A stretch of 64,000 nt of DNA from Vulcanimicrobiota bacterium. GTDB taxonomy: Bacteria; Vulcanimicrobiota; Vulcanimicrobiia; Vulcanimicrobiales; Vulcanimicrobiaceae. The stretch is from assembly GCA_963723515.1 (NCBI GenBank), contig CAVRQT010000002.1, forward strand, positions 672,001-736,000. The letters are read 5' to 3'. A program made the position numbers and the translations under genes. The notes under the pieces were generated by a model. It saw nothing but the letters and a program-made list of their open reading frames with translations. It was not told the DNA's origin and made no database searches. Shown here one piece after another: positions 46,813 through 58,378 of the stretch; within the stretch, counting starts at the first letter, position 1; each line of letters begins with the position of its first letter.

Positions 46813-49477
46813 ATGGCTCGTTCTGCATCGCCCGAGAAACCACCGCAAAGCATAGCACAGGTCGCGCCCGACAGCGCGAGAGTAATGTTGCTTGACACCT
46901 ATGGTCTGGTCTATCGTGCGTACTTCGCGCTGCCGATGTTGACGACGATCAAAGGCGTGCCGATCAACGCCGCTTACGGTTTCACGATGATGCTCAACAA
47001 GCTCATCGCCGACGAACGTCCGACGCATGTAATCGCCGCATTCGATAAAGGCATGCCGCAAGCGCGCGTCGAGCTCTTCGCCGATTACAAAGCGAATCGT
47101 ACGGAATCGCCCGACGACTTGCGCAGTCAATTTACGCTCGTGCGACAGGTTTTGGATACGTATCGCATCCCAATCATCGAGGTGACCGGCCAAGAGGCGG
47201 ACGACATCATTGCGACGCTGGCCCGTCAGGCCGCGTCTCTGCAGCAGCGGACGCTCGTTGTTACCGGAGATTTGGATCTGCTGCAGATCGTCGATGATCG
47301 AACGACTGTCTTGATGACGCGCCGCGGCATCACGGAACTCGGACGCTACGACGTCGCAGCGGTTCGCGAGCGTTTCGACTTAGATCCGGGCCAACTGCCG
47401 GACTATCGAGGACTCAAAGGCGACCCCTCGGATAATCTGCCGGGCATCCCCGGAGTTGGCGAAAAGACCGCGATCAAGCTGATCAAAGCGGCCGGCTCAC
47501 TCGACCGATTGGTCGCGCAGCCCGCCCTCGCGGGATCGGCGAAGTTGGAAGCGCTGGTCGTGCAGTTCGGCAACCAAGCCAAGACCTGCCGCGACGTTTC
47601 GGTCGTGAGCCAAGATCTCGACGTGGCTGTCGACTGGGAAGGCAGCCGCTATGCGGCACCGTCAAACGACGCGCTGTATAAACTCTACAAAGAATTAGAG
47701 TTTAAGTCGTTGCTCGCAAAACTCGATGTGCCCATTGACGTTCCGATCTTTGCGCATGACGAAACGCTCAAAGGCACCTGGCGCTCCTATGTGAGCGCCG
47801 TTGATCCGCCCGATTATAAGCGCTTGGCAGACGAATTGCGGCATCTGCAGGCCAACGCGCAGATCGGGGTTGCGCTTCGGGGCGGCGAAATCGGCGTCTC
47901 AGGTGCACCTGGAACCGGCGTTGGATTCTTGGTTGCGTCCTTAGCACACGAACCGGTCCGTTCCGCATTTTCGGAATTATGGACCGGCCCGCATCAATTC
48001 GTGGCCTACGATAGCAAAGGCGTCTCAACCGAACTGAACCGCCACGGCTTTGCGTTCCGTCAATTTCAAGACGATCCGATGATCGCAGCGCATCTGCTCA
48101 ATCCGTCGCGCTCCTTTGCGAATGTTGCAGACGCGGCCGCGGAACAGCTCGATCGCGCCGTTCCCGAAGATGTCGGCGCCTATGCCGACGCCGCGCTGCA
48201 GCTCGTCAACGTGCAGCGCGAGCGCTTGCGTGATTGCGATCAGCTGCGGCTCTACGAAGACGTCGAGGTCCCGCTGGCAACGATACTCGCGAAGATGGAG
48301 CGCCACGGCATCATGATCGATCCGCGCGAGTTGCAAGTGCTTTCGGGCGAGATTGAATCCGCCGCCAAGCGGCTCGCGGATGAAATTTTCCAGCTCGCCG
48401 GCGCCGAATTCAACATCGCCTCACCCCAGCAGCTCGGCACGATTCTCTTCAATCAAATGCAGCTTCCCGGCGGGAAGCAGACCAAAACGGGGTGGGCGAC
48501 CGGCGTCGAGGTGCTGCAGTCCCTTGCCCGCGAGCATCCGATTTGCGCTAAGGTGCTCGAGTATCGCGAGGTCACTAAACTGAAGAACACTTACGTTGAC
48601 GTCATTCCGAAATTGACCGATGCCGACGGACGCTTGCGCACGGCGTTCAACCAGACGTCAACTGCAACGGGGCGCCTCTCGTCGACGAATCCGAATCTGC
48701 AGAATATTCCGGTGCGCGGCGAGCTGGGCCGGCGCATTCGGCGCGCGTTCGTTGCCTCGTCTTCGGATCGCGTGCTTTTCGCCGCCGACTATAGTCAGAT
48801 CGAGCTTCGCTTGATGGCGCATCTCTCCGGCGACGAGGCGATGCGGCGCGCATTCGCCGAGCGGCAAGACATTCACGACTTTACCGCACGACAGATCTTC
48901 AACGTCGGCAACGGCAGCGTCGATCCGAACCAGCGGCGCATCGCGAAATCGGTCAATTTCGGTTTGCTTTACGGGATGTCCGATTTCGGCCTCGCGCAGC
49001 GGCTCGAGATCAGCCGCGCCGATGCAAAGGCAATGACGCAAGCGTATTTTGCGCGTTTTCCAAGCGTGCGCTCGTACATCGATGGCGTTCTCGAAGGGGG
49101 ACGTGAGCAACGGCTACGTCTCGACGATTCTCGGACGCCGCCGCTATATGCCCGCTCTGCGTTCGCCAAATTATATGCTGCGCGCGGCCGCGGAACGCGA
49201 GGCGACGAACGCGCCGCTTCAGGGCAGCGCCGCGGATTTAATGAAGCTCGCGATGGTGCGCATCGATGCCGCGCTTTCGGATGCGAATCTCGACGCGCAG
49301 ATGCTCCTGCAGATCCACGACGAGCTGATCTTTGAAGTCGCGGCGTCACAACTTCCCGCCGTCGCCAAACTCGTCCGCAAGCAAATGGAGTCTGCACTTG
49401 AGCTGAGCGTGCCGGTTGAGGTGACGCTGAAATCCGGCTCAAATTGGTACGACGTCGAGATGTATGAGGACGCTTAG
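46813..49477 (+). CDS. polA: DNA polymerase I, frameshift near 49107-49111
   Basis: 5'-3' exonuclease (EADDIIAT, TGD.D, GDPSDN), TGRLSS.NPNLQNIP, DYSQIELR, NFGLLYG, then QGSAAD and QIHDEL in the next frame. Confidence 0.95.
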
Positions 49478-51400
49478 CCCCAAAGCCGGCAGTGATAGCG
49501 ATCCTCGTTCGCATGCTGGTGGAAGCAATACGTTGTCGCGAACGCTGTGCTTTGTCGTGCTCGCCGCGATCTGGCCAAGAGCGAGCGCCAAAGGAAACCC
49601 CGGCCGGTGCAGCGGTTCGAATGTGGCGACGCTCGTGTTGCCTGCCCTCGCCTTAGCGTTTCTGCACTTTTCTGGTGGCCGCTCTCATTGGCTATCTCGT
49701 TCGGTCTGGCGTTTTTTCAATATGACGGGGAAGCGATTCGGACAACGTTGCAGCGGCTGCGCACACTTTTGATCGAAGCCGCACCGGCGCTAACAAAGCT
49801 CGCACTCGGTTTGGTCGCTGTTTCGGACCTCTTCCGCGCGGCCGTGATGCATCGCCTCAACTCCTTACAGACAGCGACAGTGTGATGTACCACCTGCCGA
49901 TGTCGATCGCGTACTTGCAACATCACACCGCGGTGCCGGCGCAGGTGATGTTTCACCCGGCAATGCGGAACTGCTCGATGCGTTGGGCTTGGGCGCGATC
50001 GGGGCGCGTCGGCGGACACACGTTGACGGAAGGCATTGCAGCGTTGGCGCTCGATTTTTTCCGCCTTCGCGTTTCATTCGGCGCAGCGGCGGGTCACTCG
50101 ATCTGGCGCTGCTTTGTGCTGACCGCGCTGTGTGCGATGCCGCTCGTGAGCGATCAGCTCTTCACGGCCCAAAACGACGTCCTGACCGGCGCGCTATTGC
50201 TCGCTTTATCACGCTGTGGGGATATCGGCCGCTGACTCTGCGGCCTCTCGTTGGGGCTCGTCGCGGGAACGAAGTTCACCGGCTTTGCAATCGCGCTCGC
50301 GCTGATTCCGTTACTGCGATTGACGAGCGGACCGGTGACTGGGTCCTATCGACCTCGCATCGCGCTGGCCGTCGGCTTGCCGTGGTACGTTCGCAACGCG
50401 ATCGAAGTGCATCGCCGTTTTATCTCGGCGCGTTGACGCACGGCATTTCGCTTCAACGATCGCCGGGCATGCTCGTCGCGCGCTGCCGTTCGCCGCGCTG
50501 GCGTTTTGGAATTATGGCGGCTTGCCGGCGCTCGCGGGCTTTCCGTGCATGTTCACGCGCAGCGATTCGAAAAGCGCCCGCACCGCTGCAGCGATGTCGC
50601 TTGGATCGGCGTCATCGGCACAATCCTGTGGGCCGTATGCCGGATTCGGCGGAGAGTATTCCCGGCACACTCGATCAGTTGACGTCGGGTTGGTCCATCC
50701 GCTACGTCCTGCTCGTTCCGGCTACTACTGACGATCGCCGCGATCGCGTGGCTCATGCTTTAACCCGTACGCTGTCCCGCCTCGCCGTACTTCGTGATCG
50801 CGCTCTCGGCCTTGAGCACGCGCCTGGACTGCAAACGTATCAAGCTCGATGCCAATGCGCTGCGCTTTATGTTGCCTCTGTTAGCGTGTCGTCCTCATCC
50901 TGGTCGATGGCCGCCGTGCTATTGCGGCAGCCGCCTGCAAATTGCGGCGGCTGCGCGTGCGGTCATTTTATTCGCCGCGATCAACATGGTTCGGAACCGC
51001 TAGGGTAACGTCGCGGTATGGGATACACGTTATGCAACCTACACACCGAAACGTCCGACGCCCGTCTTGGATACGGCGTTTTTTACGTAAGGCGCATACG
51101 GTCGCCACGATTCAGGCGCTACCGTTGCCCTACATGGGACGCGCACTTCGAACGGTACGTCGATCAGCGATCTCGAACGGGCTAATCGACGGATGCCTGG
51201 TGGCGTAAGCTCAACGGCGAACCGGTCGACCTTGTGATTGCAACGGACGGCGCGGAGCGTGCCGGCGATCCGCGCTGGGGAATCATTTCTGCTGACGAAC
51301 AGGTGTTGCGAGCGAGCCACCGTTTTCGGCAAATCTATCGGTGACTCGTCCGTGCGTGTGTACGAGCCGGAAGCACCGCAATGGAGAGCGCTACGAATGA
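49464..51400 (+). pseudogene. Multiply frameshifted membrane protein (GT-C/ArnT-like)
   Basis: Hydrophobic fragments in alternating frames: DSVMYHLP, NAELL, QNDVL, GTKFTG, PWYVRN, IRYVL; may be sequence error. Confidence 0.5.
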
Positions 51401-51855
51401 TTCGGTTTTTTTGAGCGCGTTGATGCTGGCGGTTGCTTCAGCCGGCGCGACGGCTACCGTCGCCGATACAGTTTGCGCATCTGACCCTGCGAGCCCCGAA
51501 GGCAACGCTCTCGCTCGAAGTCGCCGACACGCAAGCCAAAGCCGAGCGCGGCCTGATGTATCGCACGACGCTCGCGCCGCACACGGGCATGATCTTCATC
51601 TTCAAGCAAGACGACGACATCGAGTTCTGGATGAAAAATACGCTGATTCCGCTCGACATGGTCTTCGTCGGGGCCGACGGCCAGGTGCGCTCCGTCTCCG
51701 CGGACGTGCCGGCGACCTCGCCGGATACGCCGGATGAGCGCATTCCGCGCGTCCTCGGCCGCGCCAAATACGTGCTCGAGTTGCCGGCGGGTGAAGCAAC
51801 GGCCGACGGGTTGCGTGCCGGCACGCGATTGCCGCAATTAGGGAAGCCGCTCTAG
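51397..51855 (+). CDS. DUF192 family protein (5' end frameshifted)
   Basis: EVADT....RGLMYR, GMIF, FWMKNTLIPLDM.F, YVLELPAG. Confidence 0.88.
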
Positions 51856-51865
51856 CGTTCGCGCG

Positions 51866-53030
51866 ATGAGATTCGTGGTGGTTGCCGCAGCGCTCTTCGC
51901 GGCGATCTATTTCGCCTTGGATCTCAACAAGCTTCAGGCGCTGTACTACGGATTCGACAACGGCATCTTTTTGCAAAGTCTCTCGCATGTCGCGCAAGAC
52001 GGCAGCGCCTTCAATTGGGCGGAGGCAAAGTCGCATTGGTTCGTGCATGATTCATGGACGTTGCTCGTGCTTGTGCCCTTCGTGAAACTCTATCCGTATC
52101 AGGAGACGCTGATTGCGGCGCAGGTGCTGCTGATCGGCGGCTCCAGCATCGCGCTCTATGCCTTCGCGCGCCGCATCGGCGTCGAGCGAACCGCAGCCAT
52201 CTGTCTCGGGCCTTGCCTATTTGATTGCTCCGGCCGTTCAGGGCTTTGCGTACAACGATTTCTCGGAAAGCCACTTTGAGCCGCTGCTGATCTTCTTGAT
52301 TGCGATCGCAGCCGCGCGCCGCTCGTTGCTTTGGACCTTGGTCATCGCCCAACTGCTGCTCGGCGTCAAAGAGGATCTCGCCCTCTTCTTACTATGGTTT
52401 GGAATTGCCGCAGCCATTTGGTACGACCGCCGTGCTGGATTATCGGTCGCCGTGCTCGCGTTGCTGAACGCACTGCTCTACCAGTGGTTCTTGCTGTCGC
52501 ACGGGCAGCATGGCTCCGTGCCCCAATATTCCTTGAGCGTTCAGCATCTGCCGCAAGACGTTGCCTTCATTATCGAGATGCTCGTGCCGTTTGCTTTTGC
52601 ACCGCTGCTCTTGCGCTGGCGCGTCCTCTTAGCATTGCCGCTTCTTGCTGAACTCGTGCTTGCCGAGCGCACCGGTTTTCCGCTCGCGCGTGCCGGCACG
52701 CATTATACCGAAGCCTTCGTGGCATTGCTGGCCATCGGCGCCGCGCTCGCGTTTCGAGAACGGCCGCGGCTGGCACGTTGGGCGCTTGGCGGCTCGGTCT
52801 TAATGGTGCTGTTCTTTAATACGACGGTGCTGCATTTCGGTCGTCATCTTTACGTCGTCGACGAAGCTGCGTATGAAAAAGCGCGCAGTTTGGTGGCGCA
52901 GCAACGCCCGGCACGCTTTACTGCCGAAGAGCAAGGCGCGTGGAGCGTCGCGGCCGGCGACACCAACGCGCAAATCGAAGGGTTTGGAAAGCCGTTGCGT
53001 TTTCAAAAGCCGGCGTGGAATACGAGATAA
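51866..53030 (+). CDS. DUF2079-like membrane protein, frameshift near 52209
   Basis: DNGIF.Q, H.S..L, P..ETL...Q, DF, VKED; one extra G joins the two ORFs. Confidence 0.75.
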
Positions 53031-53033
53031 GCG

Positions 53034-53846
53034 TTGCCTGAGCTTCCGGAAGTCGAGACCATTACGCGCGGATTGCGGACACTCGTCGTCGGACGACGGA
53101 TCGCTCGCGTTAAGGTCGCTCTGCCGAAGATCGCAGTCGCACCCAAGGGTGTCAACTTTCGGCGCGCTTTGATCGGCGAGGCGATTACAGCGGTGCGGCG
53201 ACGCGGCAAGTACGTTGTCATGGAGCTGACGTCGGGGCGATTTTTGGTGACTAGCCTGCGGATGACCGGCCGCCTGATCTTTCAGCGGCATCCGCGGCCA
53301 GTGGATCCGTACACGCACGTGCGACTCGATTTTGAAGACTTCTCGCGCCTTTGTTTCGCAGATTCGCGCCAATTCGGACGCATGCGCTTAGTTGAGCCCG
53401 ATGAGCCATGGGAGTCCGAGCTTGGAATCGAGCCCCTCTCCCAGCACTTTACACCGCAGCGCTTTATCGGTATGCTTTCGGGGCGGAGAGTGCCGGTGAA
53501 GGTGTTCCTCCTCAACCAACGCCGGATTGCCGGAATCGGCAACATCTATGCATGTGAGGCGTTGTGGGAGGCGCGCATCCGCCCCACGACTCGAGCCAAG
53601 GCGCTGAAAGCACCGGCGGTGCGCCGGTTACACACTGCGCTCATCGACGTACTGCATCGTGCGATCGAAATGCGTGGAACCAGCGTTGATGACTATGTTG
53701 ACGCCGATGGTCTGCGCGGCGGCTTCCAAAATCAGCTCTCCGTTTACGGCAGGCACGGCAAGGCGTGCGCGCGATGCGGAAAACCGCTCGTGCGAACAGT
53801 GCTGGGAGGACGGGGAACATGGTGGTGCAGACGATGCCAAAAATAA
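53034..53846 (+). CDS. mutM: Formamidopyrimidine-DNA glycosylase
   Basis: MPELPEVE, RRGKY, LRMTG, GIGNIY..E, C-terminal Cys4 finger. Confidence 0.96.
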   Translation: MPELPEVETITRGLRTLVVGRRIARVKVALPKIAVAPKGVNFRRALIGEAITAVRRRGKYVVMELTSGRFLVTSLRMTGRLIFQRHPRPVDPYTHVRLDFEDFSRLCFADSRQFGRMRLVEPDEPWESELGIEPLSQHFTPQRFIGMLSGRRVPVKVFLLNQRRIAGIGNIYACEALWEARIRPTTRAKALKAPAVRRLHTALIDVLHRAIEMRGTSVDDYVDADGLRGGFQNQLSVYGRHGKACARCGKPLVRTVLGGRGTWWCRRCQK

Positions 53847-53873
53847 AATGAAGATAAAGGACGGTTAACACAC

Positions 53874-55007
53874 ATCTCGACAACTGATTTCGTAACCGCG
53901 CAACCAGAAGAAGAAGATCAACTCGCGCTCGAGCAGCGCCTCTATGAAGAATCGCTCAAGGTCCTCGATGAAGGGCAAGTCTTGAGCGGGGTAATCGTCG
54001 CGAAGTACCAAGACGAATTGCTCGTCGACATCGGCGGCAAGTCCGAAGGCATTCTCCCATTTCGCGAACTTTCGCTGGCGATCGAGACGAAAGAACTCAA
54101 AGTCGGTGACACGCTCGAGGTCATGATCCACCGGATCGACGACCAAGACGGCTCGCTTTTCCTATCCGAGCGCCGTGCGCGCGCGCTCAAAACCTGGGAG
54201 AAGGTCGTTGAAGCGCACGAGCGCGATGAAGTCATCGAAGCCACGGTGACTCAAGTCGTCAAGGGCGGCGTCCTCGTCGATCTTGGGATGCGCGGGTTTG
54301 TTCCAGCATCTCAGATCCGTCGTCAACCGGTTGGAAATCTCGAAGAGCTCGTCGGAAGCCGGCTGCGTCTCAAAGTGATCGACCTCGATCACAAACGCCA
54401 TCGTGTCGTGCTTTCGCAACGGCTCGTTCTTGAAGAAGAGCTCAACGCAAAGAAACAAGAGCTGCTCGGAACGCTCGAAGTCAATCAAATTCGCGAAGGC
54501 GTCGTCGTTCGCTTGGCAGAGTTCGGTGCGTTCGTCGATCTCGGCGGCATTGACGGCCTCATTCACAACAGCGAACTGAGTTATGCGCGGATCAAACATC
54601 CGAGCGAGGTCGTCAAGATCGGTGACGTCGTGCAGGTCGAGATCATGAAGTTCGACCCCGAAGCGCGCAAAGTCAGCCTCTCGCTAAAACATGCACTGCC
54701 CGATCCATGGGACGAGCACGCCGAAAAACTCTTTGAGAGCAACAAGCTGACGGCGCAAGTCGTTAAGGCGACGCCGAACTACTTGCTGGTCGAGATCGTC
54801 CCGGGCGTCCTCGCAATGGTGCCCAAGGGCGAGTTCGATCCGAACGCACAGTTCAGCCCTGGTCAAGAGATCGATGTCACACTGCTGACGATCAATCCGT
54901 CAACCCGCCGTATCACGGCATCGATTCAGCACGTTGCCGACGTCCCGCCGGACGAGATCGAGAAGATCGACGCGGACGAGAAAGCCGAAGAAGAGACCGT
55001 AACCTGA
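53874..55007 (+). CDS. rpsA: 30S ribosomal protein S1 (short form); start uncertain
   Basis: VDIGGKSEG, KGG..VDLGMRGFVPAS, FGAFVDLGGIDGLIH.SELS; coding frame extends about 36 codons upstream of TTG 53982. Confidence 0.9.
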   Translation: MSTTDFVTAQPEEEDQLALEQRLYEESLKVLDEGQVLSGVIVAKYQDELLVDIGGKSEGILPFRELSLAIETKELKVGDTLEVMIHRIDDQDGSLFLSERRARALKTWEKVVEAHERDEVIEATVTQVVKGGVLVDLGMRGFVPASQIRRQPVGNLEELVGSRLRLKVIDLDHKRHRVVLSQRLVLEEELNAKKQELLGTLEVNQIREGVVVRLAEFGAFVDLGGIDGLIHNSELSYARIKHPSEVVKIGDVVQVEIMKFDPEARKVSLSLKHALPDPWDEHAEKLFESNKLTAQVVKATPNYLLVEIVPGVLAMVPKGEFDPNAQFSPGQEIDVTLLTINPSTRRITASIQHVADVPPDEIEKIDADEKAEEETVT

Positions 55008-55022
55008 GGAATCTCTGAACGC

Positions 55023-55613
55023 GTGCGCGTCGGCCTGACGGGCGGCCTCGGCGCCGGCAAGAGCGAGGTCGCAAAGATATTCGAATCGCTCGGCGCGTAC
55101 ATCATTGAAACAGATGTTCTGGCAAGAGAAGCCGTTGCACCAAATAGCGACGGCTTGCGCGCAATTGCGCGCGTCTGGCCATCGGTCGTGCAGGGCGACT
55201 CGCTCAATCGCGCCGCACTGGCGGAGATCGTCTTTCGCGATGCAACAGCGCGGGAACGCCTTAATGCGATCGTACATCCCTTCGTACGGCAGCTCGCTCT
55301 TGAGAAAGAGCAGCATGCGAAGCCGGGGCAGATCATCGTGCACGTCGTTCCGCTGCTCTTCGAAACGGATTACGCCAAGCGTTGCGATGCGACGGTGGTC
55401 GTCGTTGCGCCGGATGAGTTGCGCGTGCGGCGCGTGCTAGAGCGCGACCGTTGGAGCGAAGATCAGATTCGCGCTCGCATGAGCGCGCAGATCGATCCGC
55501 ACCAAGCGCGCGGGCGCGCGACCCACGTGATAGAAAACGATGGCGATTTGAGCCACTTGCGCGAGCGCACTCAAGCGGTTCTTGAGAAGCTCGTTTCAGC
55601 CGCCGTGACGTAA
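55023..55613 (+). CDS. coaE: Dephospho-CoA kinase
   Basis: GLTGGLGAGKS, LNR..LA.IVF, LN.IVHP, PLLFE. Confidence 0.95.
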   Translation: MRVGLTGGLGAGKSEVAKIFESLGAYIIETDVLAREAVAPNSDGLRAIARVWPSVVQGDSLNRAALAEIVFRDATARERLNAIVHPFVRQLALEKEQHAKPGQIIVHVVPLLFETDYAKRCDATVVVVAPDELRVRRVLERDRWSEDQIRARMSAQIDPHQARGRATHVIENDGDLSHLRERTQAVLEKLVSAAVT

Positions 55614-57176
55614 GACGCGGCCGGGCCGCGCCCCGGTGAATGCACCGTTAAGAAGAACCGCTTCACCATTGACATAGACATGCTCGATGCCGAGCGGAAA
55701 CTGATACGGCCGCTCGTACGTCGCCGTGTCGCAAATCGTCGCTTCGTCAAAGATCACGATATCGGCGTAACGCCCTTCTTCGATTCGACCACGATCGCGT
55801 AAACCGAACGCATCCGCTGCAAGCGATGTCATCTTGCGAACCGCTTCTTCCGTCGTCAATACGCTCCGCTGCCGAACGAAGCGGCCGAAGACACGCGGAA
55901 AGGTGCCGAAAGTTCGCGGGTGCGGGTAGCCGCGTGCCGTCACGCCCTCTAGCGCGCGAGTGGATGCATCACTGCCGATACAAACGAAATCGGCTGAGAC
56001 CACGGTTGCAACATCATCTTCCTGCATCGTGAAGAAAATCGCTTGGACATCCAGTTCCTCTTCGATCAGCAGACGAAGCACGGCGCGCTCGGGCGAGAGT
56101 TGCCAGTCGCGTGCGATCTCGTCGATGCGCATCCCGGCAAGGCCGGCATTCCGGTCGGAGCCGACCGAGGTGATCAAAATGTCGTGCCAATCGCAGGGCG
56201 CATTCAATCGCATGTCCAGCGCGGTGGCGGTCGCAACCACGCCATCGGAAAGTCGCTCGACCGTCGGCGCCGGGCCGCCGTCGCGAATGTTCGCAGGAAG
56301 CAGCGTGGCGAGCTCCGTCCAACTCGCTCGATATGGATAGACGTCCGCGGTAACCGCGAATCCGCGGCGGCGAGCGTTGTCGATCATCTCTAGCGAGCGA
56401 TGGACCTTTCCCCAATTGCGTTTTCCCGCCGCCTTATGATGCGAGCACTGGACGTGGACTTGCGCGCGCTTGCCAACTTCAAGCGCTTCATCAACCGCTT
56501 CAAATAGGGCGTCGCCTTCATTGCGCAAATGCGAGGCATATCGCGGTGCGCCCGCTTCTCGCGCGGCGCTCGCGAGCTCGACGAGTTCTTCGAGGCCGGC
56601 AAACGACGACGGCGGATAGATAAGGCCGCTCGATACGCCGAGCGCGCCTTCATCGCACGCTTGGCGAACGAGATGCGCTTGTGCATCCAACTCGTTGCGG
56701 TCCAACGGACGCTTCTCTTCATCGGCGACGGCACACCGAGTCGTGCCTAATCCGACGAGCGATGCAATGTTGAGTGCAATGCGCTGATGTTCGATGAGCG
56801 TGAAGAGCTCGTCGAAAGTTTGCCACTGAGCATCAAGTGCGTAGTAGCGCTTTGAAGATGAGAGATTATCTTGGGCCGCACCGACGAGTGGAGCAGCAGA
56901 ACGCCCGCAGTTGCCGCCGATTTCGGTCGTCACGCCTTGCGCGACCTTTCCATCACAGCGCGGTAGCACAAGCCACAGCTCGTCGCTGTGCGCATGGACG
57001 TCGATAAATCCGGGCGCAAGAATCCGGCCGGCGCACGCAACTCGTTGCAGCGCGTCACGGCCCGAGAGATTTCCGATGAGCGCGATCCGTTCGTGATCGA
57101 GGCCGACGTCGGTAACGTACCGCCTGCGGCCCATGCCGTCGACGATCGTCGCATTCTCAAAGATGACGCTCAGCAC
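55596..57176 (-). CDS. N-acyl-D-amino acid deacylase
   Basis: PGFIDVHAHSD, GNCG, SHLRNE, GSD, HPRTFGTFPR. Confidence 0.92.
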   Translation of the reverse strand: MLSVIFENATIVDGMGRRRYVTDVGLDHERIALIGNLSGRDALQRVACAGRILAPGFIDVHAHSDELWLVLPRCDGKVAQGVTTEIGGNCGRSAAPLVGAAQDNLSSSKRYYALDAQWQTFDELFTLIEHQRIALNIASLVGLGTTRCAVADEEKRPLDRNELDAQAHLVRQACDEGALGVSSGLIYPPSSFAGLEELVELASAAREAGAPRYASHLRNEGDALFEAVDEALEVGKRAQVHVQCSHHKAAGKRNWGKVHRSLEMIDNARRRGFAVTADVYPYRASWTELATLLPANIRDGGPAPTVERLSDGVVATATALDMRLNAPCDWHDILITSVGSDRNAGLAGMRIDEIARDWQLSPERAVLRLLIEEELDVQAIFFTMQEDDVATVVSADFVCIGSDASTRALEGVTARGYPHPRTFGTFPRVFGRFVRQRSVLTTEEAVRKMTSLAADAFGLRDRGRIEEGRYADIVIFDEATICDTATYERPYQFPLGIEHVYVNGEAVLLNGAFTGARPGRVLRHGG

Positions 57177-57250
57177 GCCGCACCTCTGTTTAACAAGCTG
57201 GCGCTTGGGGGTAACACCGAGGCAGTCTTCCTACGTCGAGGTATACACGC

Positions 57251-57466
57251 ATGGCGATGAAAGAATCCGCCCTCAACGCCGGGGGAGCAATGACCGTTCG
57301 TGAGGCGGGCAAACGCGGCGGCGATCGCGTCAAGGCGAAATACGGTCAAGAATTTTATGAAACGATTGGCCGCAAAGGCGGCGAGGCGACCAAGGAAAAG
57401 TACGGCCCCGCTTTTTACGAGGAGATCGGGCAAAAAGGCGGTCAAAAACTCAAACGCAAGAGCTAG
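57251..57466 (+). CDS. KGG-repeat general stress protein
   Basis: MTVREAGKRGG, repeated FY..IG.KGG. Confidence 0.88.
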   Translation: MAMKESALNAGGAMTVREAGKRGGDRVKAKYGQEFYETIGRKGGEATKEKYGPAFYEEIGQKGGQKLKRKS

Positions 57467-57496
57467 TCGCGTCTTCTTAAGAGAGTTTTAAGGCAC

Positions 57497-57820
57497 ATGG
57501 CATCAAAGACAACCGGTTCTGCCAGCAAACCCAACGGCGAGATGTCCGTTCGAGAGGCCGGCAAAAAAGGCGGCAATACGGTGCGCGACCGCTATGGTTC
57601 GGGCTTCTATGAGGAGATTGGACGCAAAGGCGGGCAGGTGACGCGCGAGCGACACGGCGCCGAATTTTATGAAACGATCGGTCAAAAAGGCGGCAGAGTC
57701 GTCAAGGACAAGTACGGCGCCGACTTTTATGAGGAGATCGGACACAAGGGTGGTCAGAAAGTGAAACGTCTTGTTGCCGAAGCCAAGAAAAGGCTCTCGA
57801 AAGACGGCACGACGGAATAG
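57497..57820 (+). CDS. KGG-repeat general stress protein
   Basis: MSVREAGKKGG plus three FYE.IG.KGG repeats. Confidence 0.9.
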   Translation: MASKTTGSASKPNGEMSVREAGKKGGNTVRDRYGSGFYEEIGRKGGQVTRERHGAEFYETIGQKGGRVVKDKYGADFYEEIGHKGGQKVKRLVAEAKKRLSKDGTTE

Positions 57821-57832
57821 CTGAAAACCGGT

Positions 57833-58378
57833 TTAGATAGTAAACGCGCCTCGGATTCGTCCGAGGTGAACGGCACCGGTTGCGAAGTTGATCCTCGCGC
57901 TCTCGACGGTTAACGCTCCTTTGCCGGCCTTGATGATGCTGGGGTGAGCGAGCGTCAAGGTTTTCATCGCATTCGACCAACTGATCAAGTCGGTATCAAA
58001 GGAGCGGCTTTGAGCCCCTCGCAGTTCCGCAATATGCACCCGACCGATCGCAGTAAAATCGTCACTTAGCGTATTTGCACTGATGTGCTGAGCGGAAATC
58101 GAGAGATACGGCTTGCCGTCGCGATACAGAACGCCGTTGTGGATCCCGTCAACCTCAGCGTACGAGCCGTCCGGTGACATCTGAGCGCGATCGTATTCCA
58201 GCGACCAAGACTTCGTCTTCCACCGATGCGCGCTGATTTGACCCTTCGCTAAGATCGCCGGCGTCGAGCCCATCGGCGGCGGAATGTCGCGTCCGCTCAA
58301 GATCAGCCCTTCGGCCAAAATCGCCACAAGCGCGACGCCGCAGACAAATGCGAAGGTACGCCATTTAAAGCGCGGCAC
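57833..58378 (-). CDS. LptC-like LPS export protein
   Basis: Single N-terminal TM then beta-rich domain (WSL..., TD.I.W); Lpt gene context. Confidence 0.6.
   Translation of the reverse strand: MPRFKWRTFAFVCGVALVAILAEGLILSGRDIPPPMGSTPAILAKGQISAHRWKTKSWSLEYDRAQMSPDGSYAEVDGIHNGVLYRDGKPYLSISAQHISANTLSDDFTAIGRVHIAELRGAQSRSFDTDLISWSNAMKTLTLAHPSIIKAGKGALTVESARINFATGAVHLGRIRGAFTI

Noticed and set aside
57251..57820. Roughly 54-bp periodic repeats as a CRISPR array
   Set aside because: They are in-frame KGG protein repeats with synonymous variation; no cas genes seen
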